Below are positions 1-12,892 of a stretch of 64,000 bases of DNA, one piece after another. Source of the DNA: Haliotis rufescens (taxonomy: Eukaryota). Where the stretch lies: assembly GCF_023055435.1 (NCBI RefSeq), contig NW_025964355.1, positions 930,001 through 994,000 on the forward strand. The letters run 5' to 3'. Each line of letters opens with the position of its first letter. Position 1 is the stretch's first letter. Both the position numbers and the translations under genes were made by a program. The notes under the pieces are model-generated. The model searched no databases and had not been told where the DNA came from. It saw only the letters and a list, made by a program, of their open reading frames with translations.

Positions 1-249
1 CTCATGGAGTGGTGTAAATGTTCCCAGATTGGTGGATAATGAAGTAACTTTTGCGACCAAATATGTGCAGCATGTAAGCTAAATCAATATTATATACTGA
101 CAAATAATATTTTATGTAAGGATGGCTGTTAAACTGTGAGATATTTGGCTGATTGTATTTGAAGATCAAGCCAGTGAAATATTGCCTCTGGTAACACGAG
201 TGCCAACGTCACCCGTTTTCACTGATATCCTAGCAGCTATCTTAAACTG

Positions 250-1155
250 TTGTTTCGGAAGAACAAACACCAAAAAACTATTAATTTACTGGACACTAAT
301 AAACCCGATTTTGTCCTTCGTATGGAGAAAACACCATCATCAGGTCAGCGCATTCGCTCCGAGGTGTCTACACCCGAGTCGGACATTGACATCAAGAGGA
401 AGTGTAACCTGCCAAGTCCAGACCTGGACATATCGGACACATCCCTCACAATGCAAGACGCAAGCAGTGACGATATATTTCACGATAAACTACTCAACGT
501 TCTGAAGAGAAAAGAAGTTATGTCAGTTATCCGGCCCATGCTCAGGGAGGAAATGGAGACGCTAATCTCGAAATGTAACGAATAGATAACATTCAATCTC
601 TGAACAATAAACTGGACGAGAAGAACCTAATAATCCAAAATCTAAATAATCGCTTGGATCGAAGCGAACAATACTCCCGCCGCAATAATATTCGCATTAC
701 AGGCAACACCGAACAAGAGGGGGAGAGTATTGATGATATCGTTATCGCGAAATCAATAGGAGTGGATGTATCAGCAGTAGATATCGATATCAGTCATAAG
801 GTACCCAGGCGACGTGCTGCACCCTAGGAGAGACACCGCCCGATCATCGTCAGGTTGGTGAGTAGCGCGACAAAGCGCTTGCTTCTTCAATCCAGATCAA
901 AATCAAAACTTGTGAAACGCGACCGAAATACGCCCAGAACTTTTATCAATGAAGATCTGACTTAACCAAGGGCTGATATTGCCAGACAAGCGCGACGGTT
1001 AGTTTCCGAGGGAAGGTTCGAATCTACTTGGTTGAGTTATCGTCATTAAACTTAAGGATGGGAGCGTGAAAAAAGTTGCTAATAACACTCATTTTCAGGA
1101 AGTGATCGGAGCAACAGAGCTTAAAATCTCCCTCAGCCAAAACAAAAATGATTGA
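250..1155 (+). mobile_element. Decayed LINE ORF1 (L1-transposase/RRM-like) remnant
   Basis: Across stops and frameshifts: coiled coil, then SEQYSRRNNIRITG, DIDISHKV, RPIIVRLVS and FINEDLT motifs typical of invertebrate non-LTR ORF1. Confidence 0.8.
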
Positions 1156-3229
1156 GCATTTGTAGTGAAATATGTGTAACAATTGATTTAAAAACTGTCA
1201 CATGTGCCATTTAACTGTTTCCTTAAGTTTTGATTACAACTTTAAATCAGTACTTCCAACGTTCTTTCAGACAATCTATGTACTGAACTTCACAAAAGAT
1301 TACTCATCCAGTGGGACTCAGTCCATGACGTGATTATAGCCAGTGATGAACTACTGAGATATCATGTTCCGTCGAGACCCGAAAGCGTTGGCTTGAGGGG
1401 CTCGAATGAAAATTTCCAAGATGCAAATACTCGATAAAATCCCGGAAATAGACACACACATAGTATTTTATCGATATTGTAAACCTATTGTTTTATTTAG
1501 AAAAAAACATGCGCACTCTTTAACACCTCGTACTTACTCGGTTGTGAGGCGTCAACATCGAACGTTCTGTTGTTGCTATGGTGATTGTGATTTTGGTAAT
1601 GAATTGGGGTCAGATGATGACGGACTACTTTCCTGAGTGTAACTCATTCATAAGTTGCTCGTGCTTCAGTCGAATGTTCACCTACGTCTGTATTGAACAA
1701 CAGGACCGTATAATTAATAATGAAAATAAAGAAACTCGAAATCGTCTGCGAGTTTGTTTGTTATTATTATCAGTTACATTATCTGTTGTTATGTTAACAT
1801 AATCGTTTTTTCAGAGTGTAAACCCCCTGGATACCACAGCGACACATATGTCCCTCCACTTCAACCCTCACTTCGAAATCGAATAAAATTCAAAATACAT
1901 CACGCAGATTAATACACTTCACAGTTTTGAATTCCCCCTTCTGTTTATCATATACTGTCATTTTAGGCAATTCAAAATTACTGAAAGTGACTTCTGAAAA
2001 TGAGGTACATTGTAAATCTCGCCAAATCACAATTCACGGCGTAAAATAAATATTTACTGTGTGTTTAGAAATCTAAATATCGGATATTTACTCGAATAAT
2101 TAAAGTAGAAAAATAGCATATTAGCGATCACGGGTATCAAATCACTACTGATAATTCTGAAACGTCGCTGATAAGCCTAAAATCGTTTAGAATGTTTTGG
2201 AATATACGCATACACGAACGTCGAAGTGTACGTTCCGCCATATTGGATTGTGTTTACAAAATGCCGGTAATGAGACGCCTATTCGATCAGGTATATTTCA
2301 AACTCAGCTGCTATACATGCATCCCTGAATTCCTCATACATTTTCGAAACATTGGATAAATGGTTTTTGTCACCAATGCAAATTATCAAGATGAAATCAT
2401 GCGAAATAAATAAGGTATGGAAACGAAAACTGTGTTCGGAAAACTGTACTTGCTGAAATGTAAACAAAGCAAAATTCAGATTTAACACTGTGTAGCATTT
2501 TTAGAGGTACTTTCGTCTAATTGTTGCATACATTGGCTCGATCACGCGTTTGAGAATATTCATGGGAAGAGTATCGTTGCACTAATTATGGAAATACGCA
2601 TATATACATTACAATGATGTGGTAAATTCAACAGAACCCGTTTACAAAAGTTTCCGTCCTGTGTGGCGCCATGACTGACGCTAAATCGCGCACAACCATG
2701 ACGGTAGTTATCTGCATTTCTGACTAATTCTCTTTGTTACATTGGAAAACATGGTAAACAAAAAACAGTACGCAGATTGTCAGAATGCTTCTGATTACTG
2801 ACGTGACCCATTTATGTGTGTACGATCCCTCAATCAAGGAATATCCTCCTCTGGAAATCCAGCGTACTGTTGTCAGTGAACACGCCATTTTGTAAAAGTC
2901 GGTCACCGGTAGTGGTGTCATACGGAAGTAAACATTGTTGTACATATTTGGTAATTTCTTTGAGGTGTAAACTTTCAACTTGGCACCCAGCGTGTTCTTT
3001 GTTTTTGTCTAGTTTGCATTTTCATCATCGCCTTGATAATCCAGATACGACGGAAACCTTTTTGTGTAGGGTCACATTATTTATGAGTAGTTAGCAGCAC
3101 TTAGGATGACGTCACTTATGACAGTGGTGTCATGAATTAATGCGCTACTGCAATCATGAGAATAGACAAATTCATCGGTTCGATGCTAAAAAGGTGCGAT
3201 TTTGGGGGGTGTAAGATACTGATTACCTT

Positions 3230-3430
3230 TGATAAAGTTTGACATATAGGCATTATCCATAAACTTAAATCATATGGTATTGAAGGGAAATTATTGAAAT
3301 GGTTTGAAAGCTACCTAAAAATAGATGTCTACGGGTTTTCTAATGGGTATAGTTCAGACTTACGACCAGTCACGGCCGGAGTTCCACAAGGGTCAGTGTT
3401 AGGACCGTTACTGTTTTTAATTTTCATTAA
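3230..3430 (+). mobile_element. CR1-type LINE reverse transcriptase fragment
   Basis: FDKV..HKLKSYGIEGKLLKWFESYL and AGVPQGSVLGPLLFLIFI. Confidence 0.85.
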
Positions 3431-3694
3431 AAAGGAACCAAGAACCTACATCCCATACGTCTGCAGGATTCTCAATGTACTTGAACATGTTACTCCTGTG
3501 GCATGACGTGTAAGGTTGGTGTATGATATCGGGATATATTTATGCTGACCCAAATAGCGAACATCTGTTGGATCACGGGCTCCACTGTGGTGTAATTACA
3601 CATACAGGCCACATCTAAATGCTCTCTACTTGTTGATATCACTTGTATTGATTGTTTTCAATAAGCCCTGATACACCCTGTTTGTCTTTCAATA

Positions 3695-3885
3695 TGTCGT
3701 TAAAGGCGACTTAAGGGATCGGGTGGTCAGATTCGCTGACTTGGTTGATGCATGTCATTGATCCCAAGTGCGTAGATTGATGCTGATGATATTAATCACT
3801 GGATTGTCTGGTCCAGACTCGGATATTTACAGACCGCCGTCATATAGCTGGAATATTGAGTGCGGAGTTAAACAACAAACATACC
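3695..3885 (+). mobile_element. Nin/Deu-type SINE copy
   Basis: gtcgttaaaggcgact...gggatcgggtggtcag...ctggaatattgagtgcggagttaaacaac; same family as 15228, 38808, 63015. Confidence 0.8.
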
Positions 3886-3939
3886 TTCAACTAACAATAT
3901 GTTTACCTCATTTATAGAGATCATGTTCATCAATTTCAG

Positions 3940-5290
3940 AAAAAAGATGTGTTTACAGCCAGCATTCCATTGGGCCTGAATGGAAATTCTTCCATGTCAC
4001 TGGATGGATTGACATCTCCTGGCGGGTATGAATTATTACCTATACATCTGTACAAACTATTAGATACACATCATGCGGGTCTGCTATGACCTTAACAAAT
4101 GGGAGGATTTAGTTCCTCGACCATAATATGAACAGTCCATACGTGTGTTCACTATAAATACAATGTTTCGATGCAAAATAGCCTTCGAAATGAATTGCAT
4201 TTGCTTTTTTATGTGCTCCAATGAAAGCTATCAAACCAACCTACACAACCCTACACTGTTTGTAGGAACTCGTTCGCAATGAATAAGAATAAAACCCTAA
4301 AATCTTATATTTAACGATGCATGTATGTTAGATGGTAGACCATCGTAAGTGACAAATCGTCGTAACTGACAACAGTAAACTATCTTCAACTGAGAATCTA
4401 TAACAGGAACATGACTTCTATTTTCCAATAGACGTCTTTCTTTTTATCTCGAGCACAATTCCAGACTATTGTGTCTACATTTCACAAATTTTAGGTACAA
4501 TCGAGGATGCTCTTTCTACAAAGATCTCGAACAACGTTTTGCCACTATTGCTGAAAGGTTACTGTGTTCATGGCATAACTAAGGCTTTAAAATAGAAGCT
4601 TTATGATAAACATGTGGAGGGAAAATTCGAAGCACCAGTGACTAAAATGATGTCTTATGCAATTTCCTATATCGACTTGTACCATACGTTCCCGTGTTTA
4701 TTTTAGGTGAACAATTGACTTTCCTTTGCATGTATTTGTGTATGTACCGGTGGGGTAGTGTATGCTCACCTTTTCGAGATCACCTGGTATCATCACTATA
4801 TGATGGCGATTCATAAACGCATGCTTACGATCGATACAGTCGGAATGGTACAATGGGCTCTGCTTTTAGCAGATAGTTTTTATGATTAATGAAAACGTTT
4901 TGTCGATTTTATTTGAAGTTATTTATTTTATTCACAGCTTTACCATTATTCTCGGAGATGTGAAACCGTCACATCCACAAAATACCGAGTAGGTATTTCT
5001 GTTGACTTAGATGTACAGGTTTCTCAGACGACGCTCATCTATACTTTCCACGGAGGGAAAATGCAAAACAGTCCAGTGGTAGAGACATTGGTAACAGAAA
5101 CTTCCACCCTCTTTCGACTGGACATATATGTAACGAAAGACCATTTCAAAGTACGTACACCTGTTTAAATATTGCCACATTTTTCCTGCAGGGATTGTTA
5201 AGATGCACGTACTTCCATTAGACACTGTGGGTAGTATATGAATATGTTTCAAATGGCATGGATGGTGACATTGGACGTCTCTCAGCAAAA
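3940..5290 (+). pseudogene. Possible decayed galectin-like gene (exons ~3940-4025 and ~4938-5150, remnant ~5192-5280)
   Basis: cag|KKDVFTASIPLGLNGNSSMSLDGLTSPGG|gtatga joins in phase 2 to cag|(G)FTIIL...; after a 1-nt frameshift reads ...TLIYTFHGG...LFRLDIYVTKDHFK|gtacgt, then HVLPLDTVGSI*. Pattern resembles the galectin strand order. Confidence 0.4.
4330..4860 (+). mobile_element. Penelope-like element RT C-terminal and 3' fragment
   Basis: Decayed RIYNR..DFYFPI..LSSTIP..CVYISQI.RY.RGCS.YKD..LLLKGY motifs, followed by the shared ccggtggggtag..tgctcacc..cacctgg 3' motif. Confidence 0.7.
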
Positions 5291-6039
5291 TCTTTTCATG
5301 TGAGGGAGTCGCCCGAAACAGGCTACACATCACGTTTGGGGATAAAACAATTATGCCCTTTTAAAGGGAAAACATAACCATGCAGTGCAGTGAGCATCTT
5401 TCCAGAGACCTTGATCTTTGACGGTTGACCCAATTGCTACATTTCACACGAAACCTTACTGAGCTCAACTGCAAATTACACATTTCGTTACATTTCGCTT
5501 CCTTGTTTGCCTTATTAAAAATCGGATTCAGTACTTTCTGATGAAAGTACGGTAACAGGCGTCAAAGAAATAAGAACAAGCAGACAGAGGCATACGCTCA
5601 GTTTCATTTATGTCACCTAAGCTACGATAATTATGTATTAAAATGAAGTTTTAAGTTTAATACTTGTCAATCATATATAAGTAAACAAAGAATATATTTG
5701 AAATTATATTTTTCTTTCAGTTTTGTGTCCTAAAAGGGAACCTTCAGCAGTGCACCAACCACCAGAACATGATCAACTTGGCCGACGTAAAGACACTTTC
5801 GATATTTCAGGATTTTACCATTGAAACAGTTACCTTGAACATTGACTGAAATGAAATTGTGCCTTGGATAGACGAAGCCGGCGTCTGAAATGATGGTTGA
5901 GAATGTGCAATTGACATGACAAAAAACAATGTATGCCTCGTCTATGACCTACGACTTGTCCCATTGTTAGGGCTTGCCTTCCATATTATGCTTGCTGGTT
6001 GTGATAGTAAAATTCTGCGTCGTTAAACCCAACTCGCTC

Positions 6040-6270
6040 ACACATGGTGAAAAAGAACAATCTGATGCTTCAAATAGTGTCTTGATTTATGTTCATAGGT
6101 CTGGTGTTGTCTGATGGAATTACCCATTTGCAATTGTACCAAATATTCACGTGTTGTGTTAGCTGAATATTTTGCTTGCCTTTGCATGTATTTGTAACGG
6201 GTGCCTGGGCAGGAAATGCTCACCGTTTTAGGAAGACTTGGTATCGCCACTATTTGATAGTGATTCATGT
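6040..6270 (+). mobile_element. Penelope-like 3' fragment
   Basis: acgggtgcctgggcaggaaatgctcacc motif shared with 4746, 11633, 38748, 61290, 63337. Confidence 0.5.
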
Positions 6271-6651
6271 TAATTTGTCGCTTTTTTTTACGCCAAAGTC
6301 ATCAATATTCCAGATACATGAATGTGGCCTGTAAATAATCGGGCTCATGTCAGAATGATTGTTATTATGACCATCTTACGACGCTTGGATACGGGATTAA
6401 ACTGAATGTTATCAATGTCTATCTGTATATCTATTCATCTTTCCAGAGGTGAATATGAAGATGTTCATATGATATCCACGTAAAATTACAGACTTACTTA
6501 TTACTTAAACATAAATCGCCTGACATTATAATGACGTTGTATTAGCCTACATATGATGATATGTATCAACATAATGTTACCATGCATCTTAATGGCTTTT
6601 CATATATACGAGAAACAATATATAGGAGAACCCTGTCATTTCAGCTATAAG

Positions 6652-6812
6652 AGTCAGCGAGTAAGGTTTTAAGCCGCTATTAGCAATATTCCAGCAGTAT
6701 TACGACGGGGGACACCAGAAATGGTCTTCACACATTGTACCAATGTGGGGAATCGACCCCGGGCCTTCGGCGTGACAAGCGAACGGTTTAACCACGAGGC
6801 TATACCGCCGCT
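6652..6812 (-). mobile_element. Short tRNA(Asp-like)-derived SINE (family A)
   Basis: A/B boxes, body gggtacaatgtgtgaagcccatttctggtgtcccc, tail gctggaatattgctaatagcggc; about 9 copies in window. Confidence 0.85.
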
Positions 6813-6889
6813 CCTTCAGCTATAAGAATGAAATGACCAGCTTTGATGTACGCAGTTACTGAACGCGGACAGCAAACTCGCTCAAATTG

Positions 6890-7320
6890 CAAACATGTAC
6901 ATAACACATGCGGTCCACGCTGACACATCCTGGTTACTTGCATGTGCCAATAAACGTCACAACCACATGGTTCATTGATCTGGTACAGCGAAGAAAATGC
7001 TTCCAAAAGTGTCCAAGACAGGAGGACTGTGGTGGCAGCATCATGGTCTGGGCCTTTGTCATTTACAACAGGGCAGATCTAATGATCGTGCAAGGGAATA
7101 TGGCCAGTCAGCGTTATGTGGACCAAATATTACTTCTAGTAGTAATCCCATCTGCCCATTGCGTAGGTCAGTTCCAGGATGACAACGCACGCCCTCAAAG
7201 ATATCTTGTTACAGTCGACTGTCTGAGACAGCAATGTGTGATAACATTGGTCAGACATGTCACTAATTGAACACCTTAAGGATGAAGGGTTCGCAACCGA
7301 CCTCAGCGTTTCAAGAATGA
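6890..7320 (+). mobile_element. Tc1/mariner transposase fossil
   Basis: GGSIMVWA...IVQGNMASQRYVDQIL...FQDDNARP. Confidence 0.85.
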
Positions 7321-7529
7321 TACCATTGTAGACAATCCGTGTTTTGATTTCAAGTGTGTCCTGCATCAATGCTTGCGGGGCGTGGACAAGATTCTGACTT
7401 TACTTTGAAGACTGAATTCCCCAAAGTCATTTCTTTACATTGCATTTCTGAAAAAAGGGTTCCCTTAAATATTGTTCCTGGTATAAACCCCAACTGGGAT
7501 TCAGGGTTGCTCCGCCGCAACTTATGTTT

Positions 7530-7700
7530 ATCGGGGCGTCTAATGGATCGGGTAGTCAGGCTCCTTGACGTAGTTGATTACGTTGCGTGTATCAATGACT
7601 GGTTCGTCTTGTTAAGCCTAGATTATTTACAGGCCGCAGTCATATACCTGGAATGTTGCTTAGTGCGGTCTTAAACAACACACAAACAAACAAACAAATA
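7530..7700 (+). mobile_element. Nin/Deu-type SINE, degenerate
   Basis: ggatcgggtagtcagg...tatttacaggccgcagtcatatacctggaatgttgc + (caaa)n tail. Confidence 0.65.
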
Positions 7701-8659
7701 CATAGTGACACCGTCACAATGGTGTTTGCCTTGACAATATAACCACCAGAAATAGCTCGCATACGCGAACAAGCCGTGTACAAGATATCACTCCCAGACG
7801 TCAATAATTGTGGATAAATTGGTCTGTAATATTTTATTTCCACGTGACGTGCTTAAACGTGATTCAGTGAAACAGCTCTCACAAGAACTTTGGATCAAAG
7901 AGAGTAATATAACTCTTGCTCAACATTTAGAGGTTGTTTGATCAGGGTTACATGTAGTTGACAGTGATTAACAAATGTATCGGATCCACTTCTATTTAGA
8001 TGATGTTTGCACATTCTGCTAACAGAATAAATCAGTTGTCACGGCAGTATGTGGTGTTGTCCATTAGGGCATGAGGTCATTGTGATTCATAAAAAAACAT
8101 GCTCACGATATATTCGGAATCGTACAATCGACTGTTTTTCGCGGAGATTTCTTATGAATTTCAGAAGGGTTTGTCCTTGTTGTATGGTAGTTTTTAAGAT
8201 GCTAAACTTCTCCCTTTCTATTAATTGTAAACAACACATTATATTGGCTGTTTTGTGTACGGTGAACTTGAGTTGTAACTGGCTGATAATATGAGCCAAC
8301 CTTCACCCTTGTTTTGTCGATACACATGAAAGCTAAGATAATATATATTTTCTGTTCTGAGAGAATAAAAAGTAGAACTTGGTTTTTTTGCAGCACCGCT
8401 TCTTACAGTCAACACTGAATGCCGAATTTGATGCCTTGAACAAGATTACATTTGTTTATAGTCAATATCATGCTCACACGTTCCAGCTTTCGAATACTTG
8501 TAGTTTGGGACTTGAAGATGTTGTACTGTTTGTTATACTTTATTGAAATCGTTGACAAAAGAAGCACATAAAAAATCCTTATGATGTGCATGCAAATTTC
8601 TACATACACATATATCTTACTTCATTAAATTATGTGTAAGATATTGCCCCATATCTTAC

Positions 8660-9030
8660 ATGTTGTGCCGACAACTTTCTAATTATCAACGTGCAGAAAA
8701 CTAAAGAGCTAGTAAACGGCTTTCGCAAGAAGAAATCCTAAATAGCACCAGGAGTGACTATAAACGGAGATACGGCGGAGGTTGTGTTACAGATTACGCA
8801 TATCTATCATCGACAACAAACTGACATTTTCACGAAATGCGGAAGCTGTTTTATAATAGATGCCAATCACATCTTCACTTTTAACGAAAACTGAACACGC
8901 TTTATGTTAACTTGTCTGTTATGTCATCGTTTCATAAAACAATGTATGCAGTCCTTTTTAAGTTTCTGTAATCATTGTTTTGGGAGGAAAAATCTCAGGA
9001 TGTCAGTTCAAATCTATAGAGGAGCTGTAA
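8660..9030 (+). mobile_element. LINE RT C-terminal fossil (Rex/Babar- or L2-like)
   Basis: DNFLIINVQKTKELV..FRK..VTING..IDNKLTF..RKLNTLYV, disrupted. Confidence 0.65.
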
Positions 9031-9631
9031 AATAACCAACAGAAACAAAATAATAAATATTAAACTGTGCTGTTATTATAATGAGACAATATGTAATTCA
9101 CCTGAAACCCCCCTTTCAATATATATATATATATATATATTGGCACACGGCATTGTCAGGCAAGTGTGATCTAATTCATGTTGTCTTCAATGTTAATTCC
9201 GATTATGAATATTATCTTTTAACTTCATCTCATGGTAGATAATATGAACAACCAATGTCAGATTCATCTTGATTTGTTGTCCAATCCCACAATCAAGGAT
9301 GGTCAGATGTATAAGTGTGCATGCGAAAAGAACAAGTAAGATTGTCAAGATTATATTGCCGCCCAATCCCGCAAAGAAGCAAATACAAGTGGTGAAGAGA
9401 AGGAAGGTTGTTTGGAGGACAGTACATTCACTGGGATGAAGTCAAATGACACAAGTGTTTGCAGACACAAGTAATGTACCGCAGGGCAAGAAAAGCTACT
9501 GTCATAACCAATGGCTTCCGGCAATATATATATGCTCACAGGTAGTCTGACTTTCCAGTGGAAGGATCCGCTCAATGCCATTCAAGTTCCATTCTGCGAT
9601 AAAGTACATTTATAACCTTACTATGTAATGG

Positions 9632-9898
9632 GACCGCCTCCGTGGTCTATTGGTAGAGCGTCCGCCCAGAGAGCGGAAGGTCCGGGGTTCGATTCCCGAC
9701 CGCGTCATACCAAAAGACGTTAAAAGATGGTACTTGTTGTTACCCTGTCTGGCGCTCGGCATTAAGGGGCTAAAACAAGGACTGGTCGGCTCGGAGTCAG
9801 TATACTGTGTCTGAGTGGGGTATTCATGTTAAACTGGGGCATGGTATCTCAGTGAGCTAGCACTATAAATCGGCATCAGTCCGGACTAGTACAAGCAG

Positions 9899-9937
<39 letters not shown>

Positions 9938-10003
9938 TGCATGCACGTCGCTATATAAGTGCAATAATCTTCGACGCGACGTTAAACCCCATTTCATCTC
10001 ACC
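9632..10003 (+). mobile_element. Full-length Meta/MESC-type tRNA SINE with TSD
   Basis: tRNA head, cgtcataccaaaagac...ggtacttg core, (CA)n; flanking direct repeat tactatgtaatggg. Confidence 0.9.
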
Positions 10004-10525
10004 TACTATGTAATGGGCTGAAATCAAGGCGCTGTTCAAATTACTCCCCTCCCTGATCTAACGTGTCGTTGGTTACTTTGCGTCGTTAAGGTCACGAGTC
10101 AACGCTTGAAACTCATTTGGATATAATATGATGGTCCCATGACGATATTTCTTCCAACAAATTAACCTTTGAATACGGTTTTCATAACGGAGGATAAAAT
10201 CGGTACATTCGTAGAAAGCGGTTTGACTGACTAAAAACAAAAATAACTGACAAAATGTGATTTGCAAATGTGTATTGAAAAGAAACGTAAAAATAACATG
10301 AACCTACAACATACGTATTCTAAGTATTCTTTGAGTGAGAATGAGATTTCTTCCACACCCGTGGGTGAGAAACTCATTTGAGATAACTGGTATCAAAAAC
10401 ATGTGGGGGATCGATATCCAGGCCCGTGACTGGCTACTGGATGGTCATCACGAATTCTCGGTCTATGTCTAAACTTGAATTTAGAGTGTTGCATAAATGT
10501 TCTTTGAACATATCTGGTTTGCATT

Positions 10526-10526
<1 letters not shown>

Positions 10527-10581
<55 letters not shown>
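10527..10581. repeat. (CAT)n microsatellite
   Basis: About 18 perfect CAT units; explains the poly-M/H/D ORFs. Confidence 0.95.
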
Positions 10582-11104
10582 TGTAATCCACAGATATGTC
10601 AGAAACGTGTTTGTTGAGAGTCACACGACGTCTGAGTAGTTTGCAGAAAGCCGGATTAAGTGACTCATGGCCGTTTCTATGTATCAGTGCAACGATTATG
10701 AGAACAGACAAAATATGTATCGATTCGATGCTGTAAAATGGTGCGATTTGGGGTGTGTAAGAAACATATTACTGCACCCATGCCTGCAAGTATATTATAT
10801 ATCTGGCTACGAATTGTTCAAAACGTATCTAATGAACGAAATACTTACTCATAGTGTAATCGTTATACATGTAGGTATATTTGATTGTGTCCATATGGCA
10901 GATGTACAGTTTGAGGATGCCGAAATATCATATTAAGTTACATTTAGTTTATTTCTTAAGTTTTACATATTCCTTTGCTTTCATGAGAAGAAGCACAACT
11001 CTCATCAATTAGTGTGTTTTGATTAATAACATTGAATGAACTGAATATATTTCACTACAACAATAAAAAAAACGTAAAATAATCAAAATATATCAATTAA
11101 TATT

Positions 11105-11313
11105 TCATTTCATTGGCTTTTCGCAGACAAATCCCTGATTCCAACTACAGGACACGTCATCCATGCAGTAGTCCTTGCGTGCCCACATGCTTCCGCACTT
11201 GGTTCCATTGGGCTCACCATCACACCATTTCACGTTAGTCATCGTAGTGCCATCGGTCCACTGGAAATCCCCATGCGTTCTCCGAGCACCTACGAAGTAG
11301 TTCTGGGGCTTAC
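11105..11313 (-). CDS. C-type lectin, exon 3 (CTLD C-terminal half, stop)
   Basis: tag|(G)KPQNYFVGARRTHGDFQWTDG...WCDGEPNGTKCGSM...MDDVSCSWNQGFVCEKPMK*; phase-1 acceptor; AATAAA on - strand at 10948-10953. Confidence 0.92.
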
Positions 11314-11399
11314 CTATATTGAAAGTGGTGATCATTAGTCAGCAAAGGTTTACCACTGAAAGTGAATGAGTTTGGTTAGACGCTCAGGTTTCAAACGTT

Positions 11400-11740
11400 T
11401 ACATCGGGATTTTTAGTATGACTTACGTAAAAGCAAATACGGTAGAAATATGTCATTACATGTCCTGAAGCTTTTAAACAGTTTTATCGTAAACATGTTT
11501 GATATATTTTTAAATCTGACACATCAGTGATCAAAATGATATATGATGCTATTCCCTTTTTCAACTTGTATCATATGTTCCTACGTAATTTCAGGTTAAA
11601 ACTTGATTTACCTTTACATGTGTTTGTTATGAGTGGGGCAGGATTCGCTCACCCTTTACAGAATACCTGTTATCTTAACTAATTGATATTGATTGAAATA
11701 CACCAAACTATGATATAGTCGGAATAGTACAACGAACATT
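11400..11740 (+). mobile_element. Penelope-like RT 3' fragment (intronic)
   Basis: AFKQFYRKH...SVIKMIYDAIP and ggggcaggattcgctcaccc motif. Confidence 0.6.
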
Positions 11741-11780
11741 CATTATTATCCTCTGTTGTCCTGGTTGGCTGTTCGAAAGA

Positions 11781-12057
11781 TGAGTGAGTGAGTTGTGTCT
11801 CATGCCACTTTTAACAGTATTCCAGTCATATCACGGCGTGTCAGCTTAATGTGGGAGGAAAGCCCCAAGTGATGCAGTTGTAAACGTTTTCCTATTCGGT
11901 GAAACCCACAAGCTCGGGTATGGTGCTGACAAACCTAGAAACATAATCGGGGCGAACCGGGATTCGAACCCACAATCATAGGTTTCTAGCGTGCCCAAAG
12001 GACGCAACTCTGCACAGCGAATTGCGGCGCATTAGACGACTGGGACACCCATGCCCC
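11781..12057 (-). mobile_element. V-domain-like SINE with extended tRNA head (family V)
   Basis: Full-length copy, (actc)n tail, TSD ctgtt[c/a]gaaag. Confidence 0.88.
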
Positions 12058-12069
12058 CTGTTAGAAAGG

Positions 12070-12220
12070 TGAGTGAGTAAGTATGGTTTTACGCCGCTTT
12101 TAGCAATATTTCAGCAATATCATGGCGGGGGACACCAGAAATGGGCTTCACATATTGTACCCATGTCGGGAATTGAACCCGGGTCTTCGGCGTGACGAGC
12201 GAACGCTACCCGACCGCCCC
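12070..12220 (-). mobile_element. Short tRNA SINE (family A)
   Basis: Full copy flanked by ctgttagaaagg direct repeats. Confidence 0.88.
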
Positions 12221-12892
12221 CTGTTAGAAAGGGGTAGGTTTACAATTATAACATAAACAATAAAATGAAACCCTATGGTCAACTGATTCCTTTTTCTTGT
12301 TGGTTGGTGTTGGGATATTTAAAAAGTCTATACTAACTCTTTAACATAATAATATTATTGTTGTGTGCACATGTGATGAATTCCAGACAACAGCAAGAGG
12401 ACAATTTGAATATCGGTAATTCGCAGATGATATATAAGATCAGCTTCCTGTGGTTGATGAAACAGTGGGCCCTATTAAGGTTGATGTTTCTGTCAGTACT
12501 ATATATATCAGTACATGTATTGGGATGTCACAATTATACTTTCCGCATCGTATCCGAATAGGTCTGTGGCATTTGGCTGCAGGTTATACTACTTCCTGCA
12601 TTGTTCCATGTTACTGACGTGGTGTACCATGTAATAGCAGGTCACATTACACGTGAGCTTGTAATACAAAGTTTGTATCTACTCAATGAATTTCCTGAAC
12701 TTTATCACTTGAAAAGAGGGGTCCCTTCATCCTATCTAAATCATTTTAAAACCCGCTCCGTAGAAACGTCGTGGATGTTGTGTAAATAAATTAGTAGTTT
12801 TTTTGGTGGACCAAGCTTCAAATATTTTGATATTTATATGAGTATGCATTGCCCGGTGATGGAGGAACATATAGACACGCCCCTGAAGAATA

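Noticed and set aside
3178-3216. Short repeat shared with 10722-10763
   Set aside because: Likely terminus of a common non-autonomous DNA element; boundaries could not be defined
5531-5550. CTGATGA hammerhead candidate
   Set aside because: Only a simple hairpin gtactttc-tgat-gaaagtac; no stem II/GAAA architecture
10393-10711. Poly-Met/His/Asp ORFs
   Set aside because: (CAT)n microsatellite
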